A stretch of DNA of 64,000 bases from a virus: positions 99,717 through 163,716 of IMG/VR virus record IMGVR_UViG_3300031772_000003; one strand, written 5' to 3'. The stretch's first letter is position 1. Every line of letters begins with the position of its first letter. The notes beneath the pieces are model-generated. The model worked only from the letters and a program-made list of their open reading frames with translations, was not told the DNA's origin and ran no database searches. Both the position numbers and the translations under genes were made by a program. Shown here in pieces: positions 1-9,970 of the stretch.

Positions 1-127
1 GAAATCCGCGGCCTCCTGGGCCTGAGCCGGGGTGAGCGTGGCGAACCTGCCGTAGCAGTCGGCGGCGTAGAACATCACAGCACCGGCCATCATGGGGTCC
101 ATCTGAGCCATCTTGGGGTCTCCTCTC

Positions 128-526
128 TCAGTACTCACTCGGCAGCATGACGACCCAAAGCCTGCCGCTCGGGCGGTCCTGGGCCGCGACGTAGAATGTC
201 CACTCCCCCTCCTCGAAGTCGACGTAGTTGAAGTCCTGTTGGGCCAGGACCGCGGTTCCCGTATCGAGTCTGCACGCGAGCCGCGCTGTCTTGTCGGGAC
301 GGACCGTCAGGGTCCAGACCTGGAACACCGCGCCAGGGCCGCCCTTGCGGATCACGTCGGGGAGGTGGGATGCGATTGCCTGCATCAGCCAGAACGCCCC
401 ACTCTCGCCCCCGTGCTCGGCCACGTAGAGCGCCCCATCGGTCAGCACGACGTTGCGGAACGGGAAGCCGAGGCGGGTATACCCCTCCGATCCCGTGAAC
501 TGGCTCAACTCGGTCTGGTCGATCAT
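128..526 (-). CDS. DUF6876-like small phage protein
   Basis: L..FTGSE.Y...LTDGA.YVAE...AFWL..AIAS ... MLPSEY pattern; AGGAGG RBS upstream. Confidence 0.7.
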   Translation of the reverse strand: MIDQTELSQFTGSEGYTRLGFPFRNVVLTDGALYVAEHGGESGAFWLMQAIASHLPDVIRKGGPGAVFQVWTLTVRPDKTARLACRLDTGTAVLAQQDFNYVDFEEGEWTFYVAAQDRPSGRLWVVMLPSEY

Positions 527-563
527 CGGTAGCTCCTCCTACAGACAGGCATTCTCCTCCCCC

Positions 564-581
564 CACCCCTAGAATCAAGTG
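564..581 (-). promoter_or_regulatory. Conserved 18-nt motif copy 1 (CACTTGATTCTAGGGGTG)
   Basis: Exact copy upstream of 128..526. Confidence 0.65.
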
Positions 582-1258
582 GGCCTAACTAGCCGGCCAA
601 GAGTAGCCACAAGGTTGCGGCAGCCGCCGACCACCCCAACGACGAGCAGGGCGGCCTTGGAGATGAACCATCGCCGCCATTGGTGAGACAGGGGCGGTGG
701 GACCGCGGGCAGTGGTGGGGGCAGAATGGCTGGCCCTGTGGCCGGCAGCAGAATGTCCGACTGAACGATCACGGCGGGGTGGAGGGCGTCGCTCACGGTA
801 CGGATGACGGGGACAACGGGCTCGATTGGCTTCGCCCGCTCCAGGGGCTTGGCTCTCGCCGTCGGCCGGCGTTCCCACTTCACCCGCTGCACATTCTCCT
901 CTACCGTCCTAGAAGGGAGGAACGTGATTGTGCGGGGTGGCCGCTCGGCCCAAGGAGCCTCAAAAAGGATAACGCTCTTCATCTCGTCCACCTCGGCGGG
1001 AAAGGCCCAATGGCCTCTCCGTTCCCCTGTGGGTAGCCCCTCATCCCACAGATTGACCGAGATGGCTCCACCCCGCATCTTGAACCCATTGGGGTGGTGG
1101 GCCATTGTGCAGAGCCCATCAGGCTCCATCGTCAGCGACCACCGCTGGCCATCCCCCGCATGGCTTATCTCGACCGTCACCCGCAGTTCGAGGTACGGAC
1201 CCCTCGCGGTTCCCAGCCTGCTTCTGAATGTGCCAGCAGGGTAGTACAGTCCTGTCAC
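575..1258 (-). CDS. Hypothetical protein
   Basis: 227-aa ORF with AAGGAG RBS; Pro-rich segment and hydrophobic C-terminus. Confidence 0.4.
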   Translation of the reverse strand: MTGLYYPAGTFRSRLGTARGPYLELRVTVEISHAGDGQRWSLTMEPDGLCTMAHHPNGFKMRGGAISVNLWDEGLPTGERRGHWAFPAEVDEMKSVILFEAPWAERPPRTITFLPSRTVEENVQRVKWERRPTARAKPLERAKPIEPVVPVIRTVSDALHPAVIVQSDILLPATGPAILPPPLPAVPPPLSHQWRRWFISKAALLVVGVVGGCRNLVATLGRLVRPT

Positions 1259-1381
1259 CCGCGCGCTCCTTAGACAAGCCCAAGAAGCTCAAAATAGTGC
1301 CTTCTCCCTCCACTGGGTGTACCTGAATAACGGTCAACCCAGCTTGTAGGCGTGCGCTGACGCCTCGTTAGTCGGAGAAGC

Positions 1382-1547
1382 AGGGGGTGGGGGGACTCGA
1401 ACCCCATCCTCGCAGCCCCACACCCATGGTGGCGAAACCGGTAGCTAGTCGGCCCCACCACAACAGGATGAAGGTGACAGGCAGGTAGCTAATCCTCCTG
1501 TGCCTCTACAAGGGGCTGCGCGCTCTAACCCTATGAGCTACACCCCC
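1382..1547 (-). ncRNA. tRNA-like RNA with 92-nt insert replacing the anticodon loop
   Basis: Acceptor GGGGGTG/CACCCCC; D arm GCTC-ATAGGGTTA-GAGC; 9-bp stem CGCAGCCCC/GGGGCTGCG; T arm GGGG-TTCGAGT-CCCC; insert 1420-1511 with two hairpins; no encoded CCA. Confidence 0.75.
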
Positions 1548-1580
1548 GCGGGATTCCAAAGAGCCTTCGATCTTCCCTCT

Positions 1581-1598
1581 CACCCCTAGAATCAAGTG
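1581..1598 (-). promoter_or_regulatory. Conserved 18-nt motif copy 2
   Basis: Exact copy ~33 nt upstream of the tRNA-like RNA. Confidence 0.65.
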
Positions 1599-1767
1599 GG
1601 CTCAGGAAACCTTGCAGGCAGCACCCGACGGTTCTCTGGGAAGCCTCTCCAGAGGCCCTGGCAGCCCCGTGGCTGCGTCCGGGGGAGGCTGGTGGGCTTC
1701 TGATACCTCCGGGCGGGTATGGGCCCTGAAAGTGGCTCCTGGGAGGGGTGTTTCGCCGCCACTGTCC

Positions 1768-2085
1768 TCAATTCAAGGTGAAGCTGAGGTCAGGCTGGAA
1801 CGCCTGCCGCACGGCGGCACTGTCCTCCTTGATCTCCGCCGCCATGGCCTCGTCGTTCCGGCAGGACTGACAAAGGACATAGAACGGCACCAGGACGTGC
1901 CCGTTGGGCAGGATGGCCCCCGCGAGACCCCCTGGCAGGTAGCTGACCACACCGACAATGGGCTTGGCACCACATCGCCCACAGCCGCAGCCCCGGCCCT
2001 GGAGGACAGCGAACGCTGTGGCGGCGGCGAGGCTCAGTGCCTCATCGGCCAGGGGCAGCGGAAGCTCAATGCAGGCTGAGGTCAA
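1768..2085 (-). CDS. Small Cys-rich hypothetical protein (CxxC pairs)
   Basis: CGRC and CQSC motifs; GAGGAG RBS; downstream of motif copy 3. Confidence 0.5.
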   Translation of the reverse strand: MTSACIELPLPLADEALSLAAATAFAVLQGRGCGCGRCGAKPIVGVVSYLPGGLAGAILPNGHVLVPFYVLCQSCRNDEAMAAEIKEDSAAVRQAFQPDLSFTLN

Positions 2086-2113
2086 TGGCTCGCTCCTCGG
2101 GTTACCCTCCCCT

Positions 2114-2131
2114 CACCCCTAGAATCAGGTG
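2114..2131 (-). promoter_or_regulatory. Conserved 18-nt motif copy 3 (1 mismatch)
   Basis: CACCTGATTCTAGGGGTG followed by purine-rich RBS. Confidence 0.6.
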
Positions 2132-2279
2132 AGCTTGCCCAGGAAGCAGCGGGACCAGTCCCAGCCAAGACAGCCGAGGTCCACCACGGGGCCTTTGTGC
2201 TCCCATATCCTGGGGTGAAACCTGTAGTAGGGCAGGGTACCGGAGCCCTGCTGCAACTTGGCTAGAATGTCCTGAGCCG

Positions 2280-3044
2280 TCATCGCTCTCCCCCTACTCG
2301 CTGCCGCTGGAAGTAGTCACGGTCAGCGGACAGCACGGGGTGGAAAACCTTGTAACCCTCGTTCTCTGCCCCTCGTGGGCTACGCCTTGGCTTGCACGTA
2401 GACCAGATGGGCTTACCGAGGCACACCATACTCAACCCCAGAGACTTACACACCAAAGGCAGCAAGTGGTCGTCGGGCAAACCAGTCCACCGTCTCGCCT
2501 GTCTACCCGATTGCAACAAACCACTCTCACTCAGTCGTTCCAAGAGTGATACGGTGAGTAGGGTACAGCTACCATGCAGCCCCTCACCAGGTACGTAGGT
2601 CGGAGGGGTAGGCCCAAGAACCCTGCTCAACCTCGCCCTATCCTGACCGAACAGGCGAGCCCAGTTCGCATTCACCCTATACTTGCCAACCAGCCCAATG
2701 CCATCCGAGGTGACATGTCCGAGCAGAGCGGCGTCTGCGCCCCGCCCTATGGCGAGCGTGTCATAATCAACGGAGAGCGTGTGGACCCAGCCGTAGTGTT
2801 GGTGCAGCCACGCAACGGACTCCATCTGTAGCTCAAATAGCCCCGTACCCCAACCATGCTGCCGCGGTGAGCAGTATGTTGGGATGCCATTCTGGATTAA
2901 CTTAGCAGCAAGAGCGGGGTTGCCGTCTACGGCACAAAAGACAAGGGTACCCTTCGACTCGGTGGACCACAACCATGACTCGCAGGCATCACGAACCAGA
3001 GCCACGTCGCGGTGGCAGCGGATGCACACGGCAAGATCAAGCAA
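2280..3044 (-). CDS. Putative GT-A fold glycosyltransferase
   Basis: N-terminal beta strand, VDG and DYD (DxD) motifs; last gene of the glyco cluster. Confidence 0.5.
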   Translation of the reverse strand: MLDLAVCIRCHRDVALVRDACESWLWSTESKGTLVFCAVDGNPALAAKLIQNGIPTYCSPRQHGWGTGLFELQMESVAWLHQHYGWVHTLSVDYDTLAIGRGADAALLGHVTSDGIGLVGKYRVNANWARLFGQDRARLSRVLGPTPPTYVPGEGLHGSCTLLTVSLLERLSESGLLQSGRQARRWTGLPDDHLLPLVCKSLGLSMVCLGKPIWSTCKPRRSPRGAENEGYKVFHPVLSADRDYFQRQRVGGER

Positions 3045-3079
3045 AAAGCCACTCCATGAGAGCTACACCACCCACGGGG

Positions 3080-3913
3080 TCAATCATGGTAGCTCTCCAC
3101 CAGCGCCCGGGCGTTGCCACCCATGATGCGCTCAAGTATCCTGGGGGGAAGCCCCAATGAGTTGATATGACTAATCTGCGGAACGTCCTGGTCATCCCTC
3201 ACGAGGTCGGACCCAAAGAGAAGCCGGTCACTCCATGCTTCCAAGAAGGCACGCCCCCCATCCTGCAAACGCCGTAACGCACCATAGCCCGACATGGCAG
3301 ACAGGTCGCCGTAGGCATTGGGGTAGCCACCCAAGACAGACTCAAGTGCCCCTGGACGTATGGCAGGTCGGTCGATCTTGTTACTGTTGAGATCGTCCTC
3401 AGTAATATCCTGGCTAATTTCTGCCCACCAATGCGTGGCATGCAGGATGAATGCAGTCTCCTTGCACTGAGCAAGGACTCTCCTAAGCCCAGGGAGTCCT
3501 ACTGTATCAACCCCTCTATTCCCCGCCAAGTGGATCAATACAGGGAGCTTGAACTCTGCACAGATGTGATAAACCTCAATCAGCCTGGGGTCATCCACAC
3601 CTAAGTCCATCATGACCTCACCAAAGCCCTTGGCACCCTGCTCTACCCACTGCTCAATCAGGCTTCGCCACAAACCACGATCCACTACCCTAGTGTCCAA
3701 GCAGCAAAAAGGTATGAGCCTGGACTCCCCCGCCGTCGCAGCAAGAACTTCAGCCGACGTAACGGGGTAGAGAGCATCGAGGCTATCGTAAGACATCACG
3801 CACGCGGTACCAATACCATGCCCATCCATCCATCGCAGGAGCGAAGTAGAGGTGAAGTAACCCCATCTCTCTCGTATACGCCCTATGTGGGTGTGGATGT
3901 CTAACACAATCAT
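3080..3913 (-). CDS. Metal-dependent amidohydrolase (Amidohydro_2-like TIM barrel)
   Basis: DIHTH, KGFGE, PVLIH, FILH, LLFGSD, IMGGNA motifs. Confidence 0.85.
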   Translation of the reverse strand: MIVLDIHTHIGRIRERWGYFTSTSLLRWMDGHGIGTACVMSYDSLDALYPVTSAEVLAATAGESRLIPFCCLDTRVVDRGLWRSLIEQWVEQGAKGFGEVMMDLGVDDPRLIEVYHICAEFKLPVLIHLAGNRGVDTVGLPGLRRVLAQCKETAFILHATHWWAEISQDITEDDLNSNKIDRPAIRPGALESVLGGYPNAYGDLSAMSGYGALRRLQDGGRAFLEAWSDRLLFGSDLVRDDQDVPQISHINSLGLPPRILERIMGGNARALVESYHD

Positions 3914-4557
3914 CGCCTCAGCACCATGCCAATGAGTTGACCTTCTACTGCGTCACACCGTACTGGGAAGACTAGGCGACGGCCTACGTACCAACCATCC
4001 TCCCAAGCCCTCCAATAAGTGAGGTCGATCATGGAGTCGAAAAGGGTAGACCACCTCTGCACATCCTCTGCGCAGATAGTTCGGCAGCCGGGGGTCGCTG
4101 CTTCCACGCTCTGCCGAACGTAGCCACTCCCTGTCTTCGTCCTGTGATCATGACTATAGCCACAGGTTATGACAATCACGGCTCCTGGCTTGGCAACCCG
4201 AGCGATGTGACCAAGAGCGGCGTCTTTATCGTACACATGTGGAAGGGCACTGACGCAAAACACTGCGTCATAGGCTGCACCAGGCAACTTACTTTTACAG
4301 ATGTCATCCTGGGTCACCACCCCCGTCGACGGAGAAAAGTCAGTAACCGTAACGTCGTAGTTGATGCACATAAGCATTTGAGAGAGAACGCAGTATGGCC
4401 CGCAACCCACATCGAGAACTCGTCTTCCCCTAGCCTCCTTTAGCCAAGACAGGGCGTAGGGGTACTCGACAACGCGCTCGAATACTTCAGGAGCCCTCCA
4501 AGTACGCCAGCCGCCCTCTTTTGAGCCATACGCTGCTGCTCTTATTTGCACATTCAC
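3910..4557 (-). CDS. Class I SAM-dependent methyltransferase
   Basis: VLDVGCG motif I, YDAVFC, KPG. Confidence 0.8.
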   Translation of the reverse strand: MNVQIRAAAYGSKEGGWRTWRAPEVFERVVEYPYALSWLKEARGRRVLDVGCGPYCVLSQMLMCINYDVTVTDFSPSTGVVTQDDICKSKLPGAAYDAVFCVSALPHVYDKDAALGHIARVAKPGAVIVITCGYSHDHRTKTGSGYVRQSVEAATPGCRTICAEDVQRWSTLFDSMIDLTYWRAWEDGWYVGRRLVFPVRCDAVEGQLIGMVLRR

Positions 4558-6104
4558 TTCGGTCTCCTTACTACAATCCCAAGCCAGTGTTTAGACTTGC
4601 CAGACACCAAGCGAATGCTCGTAACAAGCTCAAACTGATGCCTGCAGCACAGAGCCAAAATCGAGCCTCGGTCATAGACCCTCAAGTGATCGGCACTCAT
4701 CACACCACCTTCCGGCACTGTGACCACAACTACACCACCGGGTCGGAGTACTCTCTTTGCCTCAGCCAGGGCTTTACCATCATCCATCACATGTTCCAAA
4801 ACCTCGCCCATTAGAACTGTATCAAAGCTGTGGTCATCGAGTGGCAAAGACTCCGCCAAGGCAGGAAGAAGTTTGGCGTGGACACCCACGCTCATCAAAT
4901 TGAGCTTGGCTTGTACGAGAGCCTCCCGACACACATCTACTCCTACAAGCTGTTCCACGCCGGTAACACGAGACGCCACAGCTAGCCCCACCCCATTAGA
5001 GCAACCCACATCCAATACGGCGGGTCCGTGGATGTACTTCGACATCCAATCGAACCGTGCGCGCAAGTGGGGATAGTGCTTATCGCCCGGAGACGACCAC
5101 CGCTGCCACACTGTGTCAAGACGGGTCGTGCCGTTATTTCGGTCCCTTACGAATGCAGCCTCGTCAGCAGTCAACACAGTAGTAATGTCAGGGAAGATTT
5201 CTCTATACCTCACTCTATGTGTATGGTTAGCCATTGCCGGGAGTGCCTTATCCCAATAGGTCTCGAATGGGTGGGAGAGGAGAGATTCGAGGTCAGTTAG
5301 GCTATCGTAGTGGATAACATACGGGTCGAGGTCGCTCAAGCCATTACCAATAAGGTTACAGTTCGTGATAACAGCCGCGCCACTGGCAAGATACTCCATC
5401 AGCTTCGCCGGAATGAAATCACCATAACCACTCTCCGTAGGGCACACCAGTGCAGCAGCTTTGTACAAGGCATCCCAATAGGAATCTTGGTCAAGCACGT
5501 CATTTATCGGTGGTGTAAACCCAATAACATGCCCCATCTTGCGGTAGAGGTCAAGGCGCTTCTCATAAGCCCCTGTTCTGCTCCTATAGCCACCAACAAA
5601 CCAAACGCCCGACCTGCCTGGGTAGCCGTTGACAATACGCTGCTCTGACACTGACCATCGAAGGCACGGCACCCCCTCCCATGATGCTGCATTCTCAAGA
5701 CGTTGATAGTATTTCTGCTCCGTACCCATCTTAGGACAATACTCCGCAGACCTACGATTCCATACAGGCTGCCTACAATAGAGCTTATCAAACTGCCGAT
5801 ACCATTTGTCATCCTTCCTATAGTTCCATGAGTCACACTCCACGAAAACTTTGACAGTTCCTCTAACTTGCCGAAGGTCTGGCAACCATTTTGCATAACG
5901 ACGGCGCACCGTCCCGTAGAGGTAGTGGGGCTGGAAGGTGTCAATAGCGCGGTAGAGAGCCGACAGCGAGAGGTCGTGAACAAAGCCGGGTCCCCATAGA
6001 CCAACCTCGACATCGGGTCCAACCTCATACATCCAATCGCTGTGGGAGGCGGCATTGAAGTTGGCTAGAGATGCTTTAGGGTACAGGAAAAGAACACGTA
6101 CCAT
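4554..6104 (-). CDS. GT-B-like glycosyltransferase fused to SAM methyltransferase
   Basis: KLMEYLASGAAVITN GT-B motif; C-terminal VLDVGCSNG, FDTVLMGEVLEHV, RVLRPGG. Confidence 0.8.
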   Translation of the reverse strand: MVRVLFLYPKASLANFNAASHSDWMYEVGPDVEVGLWGPGFVHDLSLSALYRAIDTFQPHYLYGTVRRRYAKWLPDLRQVRGTVKVFVECDSWNYRKDDKWYRQFDKLYCRQPVWNRRSAEYCPKMGTEQKYYQRLENAASWEGVPCLRWSVSEQRIVNGYPGRSGVWFVGGYRSRTGAYEKRLDLYRKMGHVIGFTPPINDVLDQDSYWDALYKAAALVCPTESGYGDFIPAKLMEYLASGAAVITNCNLIGNGLSDLDPYVIHYDSLTDLESLLSHPFETYWDKALPAMANHTHRVRYREIFPDITTVLTADEAAFVRDRNNGTTRLDTVWQRWSSPGDKHYPHLRARFDWMSKYIHGPAVLDVGCSNGVGLAVASRVTGVEQLVGVDVCREALVQAKLNLMSVGVHAKLLPALAESLPLDDHSFDTVLMGEVLEHVMDDGKALAEAKRVLRPGGVVVVTVPEGGVMSADHLRVYDRGSILALCCRHQFELVTSIRLVSGKSKHWLGIVVRRPK

Positions 6105-6733
6105 TACTGCCCCCTCCGAAACACAGCACCAATAAAGTCAGGCGAGGTCGGCACCATCCTCTCCAAAGTGAAGCTCTCACTAATCTTGTCTATGACAACC
6201 GAGGGACTAGCCCATATCATCGACTCGAAGTTCCCCAGTTCGACGTGGCTTCTCCCCCTCTTATCCTTCCACCGTGTGGTCAATTTCATACTCGTGGATA
6301 GCTCCAAGAGGAAATAGCCGCCAGGCATTAGAACTCTAACAACCTGCCCAATCACCTTATCTAGGTCGAATGAGTGGTCCAAGCAATTGGTGTAGACAAT
6401 ACACAAGGAAGAGTCAGCCGCAGGTATTGAATGGAAATCCCCCACAGTCACGTAGGGGTTACTCTCGCCAGGATACAAATCAATGCCCTTAGCGCCCACG
6501 AACCCAAGCTGCCTCAACGCAACGACTTCTTCCCCCAGCCTAGCCCCCAAGCACAACACCCCAGGGCTTCTAGGTAAGCCCCCAGTAAGTATCCCAAGCC
6601 TGTCCACAATCCGAGATAACCTCTGGTTGAATGCAGCCTTGAACTCTGCTATTCCTGTCTGGAGTTTCGCGGCTTGGTGCTTGATGTATGACTCGTAGTC
6701 AGGGTAATTTCGGTAGACAATGGGATTAGCCAC
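6104..6733 (-). CDS. SAM-dependent methyltransferase
   Basis: VLCLGARLGEE, GDFH, RVLMPGG. Confidence 0.75.
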   Translation of the reverse strand: MANPIVYRNYPDYESYIKHQAAKLQTGIAEFKAAFNQRLSRIVDRLGILTGGLPRSPGVLCLGARLGEEVVALRQLGFVGAKGIDLYPGESNPYVTVGDFHSIPAADSSLCIVYTNCLDHSFDLDKVIGQVVRVLMPGGYFLLELSTSMKLTTRWKDKRGRSHVELGNFESMIWASPSVVIDKISESFTLERMVPTSPDFIGAVFRRGQ

Positions 6734-7547
6734 GCCGGGACTCCTTGAACAGCCGTTGGGCAGTTGCTACCATAGACGGAATCTCCAAGAGAGGGAACCG
6801 AGTACAAACACTTTGGTAGTCAGTCGTGTGACTACAAGACAAGAAATAGTCAAAGTAGCCCATGTAGTAAGCGTAGAAGAAGCTATCCATCGGGTCAGGA
6901 TTGGGGCGTCTGACTCGCCACAATCCGGTATGAACACCGTGGTGTGGACCAGACCCCTCCCAGTCTATTCGGTTTTCTTCTTTAGGTAGTCCAATCCCGG
7001 ACTCTACCATAAGGTGGTAGAGAACCTCCTCGTTTCGCTGCTTCCCAAAAGCACCTGCGAGGAGCCTTCGCCTATAATCCTTGAGCAAGCCGCCCACAGC
7101 TTCATAGTAAGGACGCCTTCTAATGAAGTGCAGGCCAGACAACCGCTCCTGCCTTGGTCGCAAGCAGTTACTATAGGGTAACCCGTTAGCTTCACAGTGG
7201 CTTATATGGACAGCCTCAATACCCCGCTCCTCTGGGCAGAGCAAAATGTCTACGTCACCGATGTAAGCATTCTCATACGGCTCAAACACCAACTCATCCA
7301 GGAGCCAACGCAGTGTCTTGAGTGGCTGCCCTTTCAAAGGCAACTCTGATATGGGGTCTACGACAAAGCGATAGTCATGATCTACAGGTACAGATGCTCG
7401 TATCTCCGCTGATACTCTATCCCGAGGGGTTGTCACCACCCGCAACCCGTAATCTGGATAGACCCGTGACAGGAACCACATGAAGTGCGGGAGGTATCGC
7501 TCATAGCCGCCACCAACTACCAAACCCACACAAGTACTCATGCCCAC
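6726..7547 (-). CDS. Putative glycosyltransferase-like protein
   Basis: YIGDVDIL DxD motif; coupled within the cluster. Confidence 0.5.
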   Translation of the reverse strand: MGMSTCVGLVVGGGYERYLPHFMWFLSRVYPDYGLRVVTTPRDRVSAEIRASVPVDHDYRFVVDPISELPLKGQPLKTLRWLLDELVFEPYENAYIGDVDILLCPEERGIEAVHISHCEANGLPYSNCLRPRQERLSGLHFIRRRPYYEAVGGLLKDYRRRLLAGAFGKQRNEEVLYHLMVESGIGLPKEENRIDWEGSGPHHGVHTGLWRVRRPNPDPMDSFFYAYYMGYFDYFLSCSHTTDYQSVCTRFPLLEIPSMVATAQRLFKESRRG

Positions 7548-8503
7548 ACCATATTACTTTCGATGTAGTCCACGGTCTGCTTGTATCCCAAACGCTGACC
7601 CCACAGGTGGCTTGCGTCAGCCACATCCCTATAATACGCAGGATCATCCCTCAATCGCTGGAGAGCTACGTACAACTCCTGTTCAGTGCAGGCTTTGACC
7701 ACAGGGCAGCCCCCATAGTAACCAACGAACTGGCACTTGCCCCCACCGTAAACCGTGGGCAGACCCAGCCTCATTGCCTCCAACCCGCTCTTGCCCACAC
7801 CACCAAGCGGCATAATCTGGTCCACAAAGACATGGCACCTCGACTTGGTTTCGATAGCCTGGACATAGGGGACACCCCGTAGTATCTCAATCGGGGTATG
7901 CAGTTGCTTGCAGACACTCTCAATAAGGTCAGTCCCTTTATCCTGCCCCACAACATGATACTTGGCTCCTGGGGTGTGGCAGACCGTAAACTTCCTGAAG
8001 GGTGTGGAAGTATTGACAAGCTCAAAGGGCTGCATCAACGGCACCGCATCGGGGTCGCACCACAGAAGGTCGCACATGGCGAACCTGCGAAGGCATGGCA
8101 GCCCGCCAACGTAACTATTGATCTTGTCGTGCCCAGCCCTGTACCTCGTACCTGACCAGAAAAAGATCAGGCTCTTACCGGCGAGCCACTTCGCTACAAC
8201 GCTATTGCCTGCATCAGGAGCATGCGATAGCCTCATGCCCGTCTTCTTACTGAGGTACGCCGCAACAGTGATCAGCCCATGATAGTCACAGATAAACAGC
8301 TTCTTCACTCTGGACATTAGCCGGTCCACTGCCGCAAAGTCCTTGCCAACCATGAGACCGTCGCCAAACTGGTAGGGGGATGGTATCGCCGTAATGAGGT
8401 GCGTCTTGTACCGAGCCGAGTAATTGCTGAACGCCTGGTTCAGGTTGACTGCACCGCCAAACCCGCCGTGGTGGGATACAAAGAGCATCTCTTCTTCACG
8501 CAT
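7538..8503 (-). CDS. GT-B fold glycosyltransferase
   Basis: VFVDQ...G.GKSGLEAMRLGLPTV GT4-like motif; start chosen at MREEEM. Confidence 0.7.
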   Translation of the reverse strand: MREEEMLFVSHHGGFGGAVNLNQAFSNYSARYKTHLITAIPSPYQFGDGLMVGKDFAAVDRLMSRVKKLFICDYHGLITVAAYLSKKTGMRLSHAPDAGNSVVAKWLAGKSLIFFWSGTRYRAGHDKINSYVGGLPCLRRFAMCDLLWCDPDAVPLMQPFELVNTSTPFRKFTVCHTPGAKYHVVGQDKGTDLIESVCKQLHTPIEILRGVPYVQAIETKSRCHVFVDQIMPLGGVGKSGLEAMRLGLPTVYGGGKCQFVGYYGGCPVVKACTEQELYVALQRLRDDPAYYRDVADASHLWGQRLGYKQTVDYIESNMVWA

Positions 8504-9269
8504 CCCAATACTCCGTTGTGAGCCAAGACTCACCCACGTTGATATAGTCGAAGACCGCCCGTGCCATCTCGTGGTCTACCTGCCCCACCCGCTTACTCTC
8601 AACCTGTATAGCAGTAAGAATGTCATCCAGTCCCCCCCACGGGATCGCGCTCGGCTGTCCTCCATTGTAAATCGACCTACGACCCATAAGCCCCAACTCC
8701 ACCACGCTATTGGCGATCCCATCATGGGGCGTCAAGCGTATCCCCAAGAAGCACCGCTCGTAGATACCTCGAAGGGCAACGCGGTCAAACTGGTACGGAC
8801 TCTCCACGACGTTGACGCCGAAGCCACACCGCTCCACAACGCGGTCAAGAAGGTCTTGGCGATAAAACTTGGGCTTGGTCTTAGGTGCGTAGGCGTAGAT
8901 TTCTGAACCTAGCGGGGTCGGTGAGAAACCATTCATGTCCGACCCCACAATCGGAACGACCTTGCAGGGGACGTTAGCCTTTGCGAGATCGTCCTGTATA
9001 AATGAGGATATGGCAAGGTGCCTCACGTTAGGCTTGGTCATGACTTTCAATGCCGTGGGTGGGAACTTCATGATGTCGGAACCCCGCCATAGCACTATGG
9101 CTAGCCCTTTGTGCCTAGATAAGGCTTGGGCATCGTCAGGTGTGTACAGCCCATAGAAAACAACGGGGGCGGAGGGATCGGTGTAAGGACTCAAGCCATG
9201 CCGATCCACGAAGGGTCCAAATGACTTCTTCACGATCGCACTCATCCTACACTGACCGATCCTACTCAC
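8496..9269 (-). CDS. GT-B-like glycosyltransferase
   Basis: WRGSD and RLTPHDG.ANSVVELGLMGR resembling the GT4 E-x7-E region. Confidence 0.55.
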   Translation of the reverse strand: MSRIGQCRMSAIVKKSFGPFVDRHGLSPYTDPSAPVVFYGLYTPDDAQALSRHKGLAIVLWRGSDIMKFPPTALKVMTKPNVRHLAISSFIQDDLAKANVPCKVVPIVGSDMNGFSPTPLGSEIYAYAPKTKPKFYRQDLLDRVVERCGFGVNVVESPYQFDRVALRGIYERCFLGIRLTPHDGIANSVVELGLMGRRSIYNGGQPSAIPWGGLDDILTAIQVESKRVGQVDHEMARAVFDYINVGESWLTTEYWDA

Positions 9270-9970
9270 GCCTTGCCCCTCATGTATTCTAGCGACCTCT
9301 GCCGAATCAGCTTATCACACGCCTTTTGCTTCGCCCTACCCGACGTTGACATGCTACCAGGTCGTGGGTGCCGATACACGTAGGTCACCACGGGTACATG
9401 CTTAGTCGCACAGCCCGTCTCCCCAAGTAGGACGGCTATCTGATAGTCTACCGCTGAGGAAATCGAGGTATCGAGACCCCGGCTTTTGCGGTAAAAATCC
9501 AGGGACCAGAACTGCTGACACCCCGCTCCCCACCACCCACAGTTACAAATCGCGCTCCATAGGGTAGTACCAGGAGGGAGGGGTTTGCTCCACCCGTGCC
9601 TATCGGTTCCCATAAACTTCCAGGCCGTCCATACATAACCGACAGACGTATCTTGAAAGGGGGGTACACCCACGGACAAGCTATTAGACATCAGGGTATC
9701 ATCACTGCCCAAGAACGTCACCACGTCGCCTGTGGCAGCGTCCAGGGCAGCTTTGAGGGCGGCGGCACAACCGCCGTGGGGGAGCTTGAGCAGGGTAACA
9801 GGCTGGCCCGCTATGAGGCTTTCCACAACGTCGGCAGTATCATCCGTCGAGCCGTCATCGGCGATGATCAACTCCCACTGCTTATGGGTCTGGGCGAACA
9901 CAGAGCGGATCGCCTCAGCTATATAGGGGGCAGTGTTGTAACATGGAACCAACACGCTTACCACTTTCAT
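9266..9970 (-). CDS. GT2 family glycosyltransferase
   Basis: VSVLVPCYN, ELIIADDGSTD, FLGSDD; ATGA overlap with the stop of the giant ORF. Confidence 0.9.
   Translation of the reverse strand: MKVVSVLVPCYNTAPYIAEAIRSVFAQTHKQWELIIADDGSTDDTADVVESLIAGQPVTLLKLPHGGCAAALKAALDAATGDVVTFLGSDDTLMSNSLSVGVPPFQDTSVGYVWTAWKFMGTDRHGWSKPLPPGTTLWSAICNCGWWGAGCQQFWSLDFYRKSRGLDTSISSAVDYQIAVLLGETGCATKHVPVVTYVYRHPRPGSMSTSGRAKQKACDKLIRQRSLEYMRGKA

Noticed and set aside
1382-1547. tmRNA, canonical tRNA, or group I intron-containing tRNA
   Set aside because: Has a paired D stem, lacks G3-U70 and a tag ORF; no 7-nt anticodon loop; 92 nt is too short for a group I intron; no clear bulge-helix-bulge
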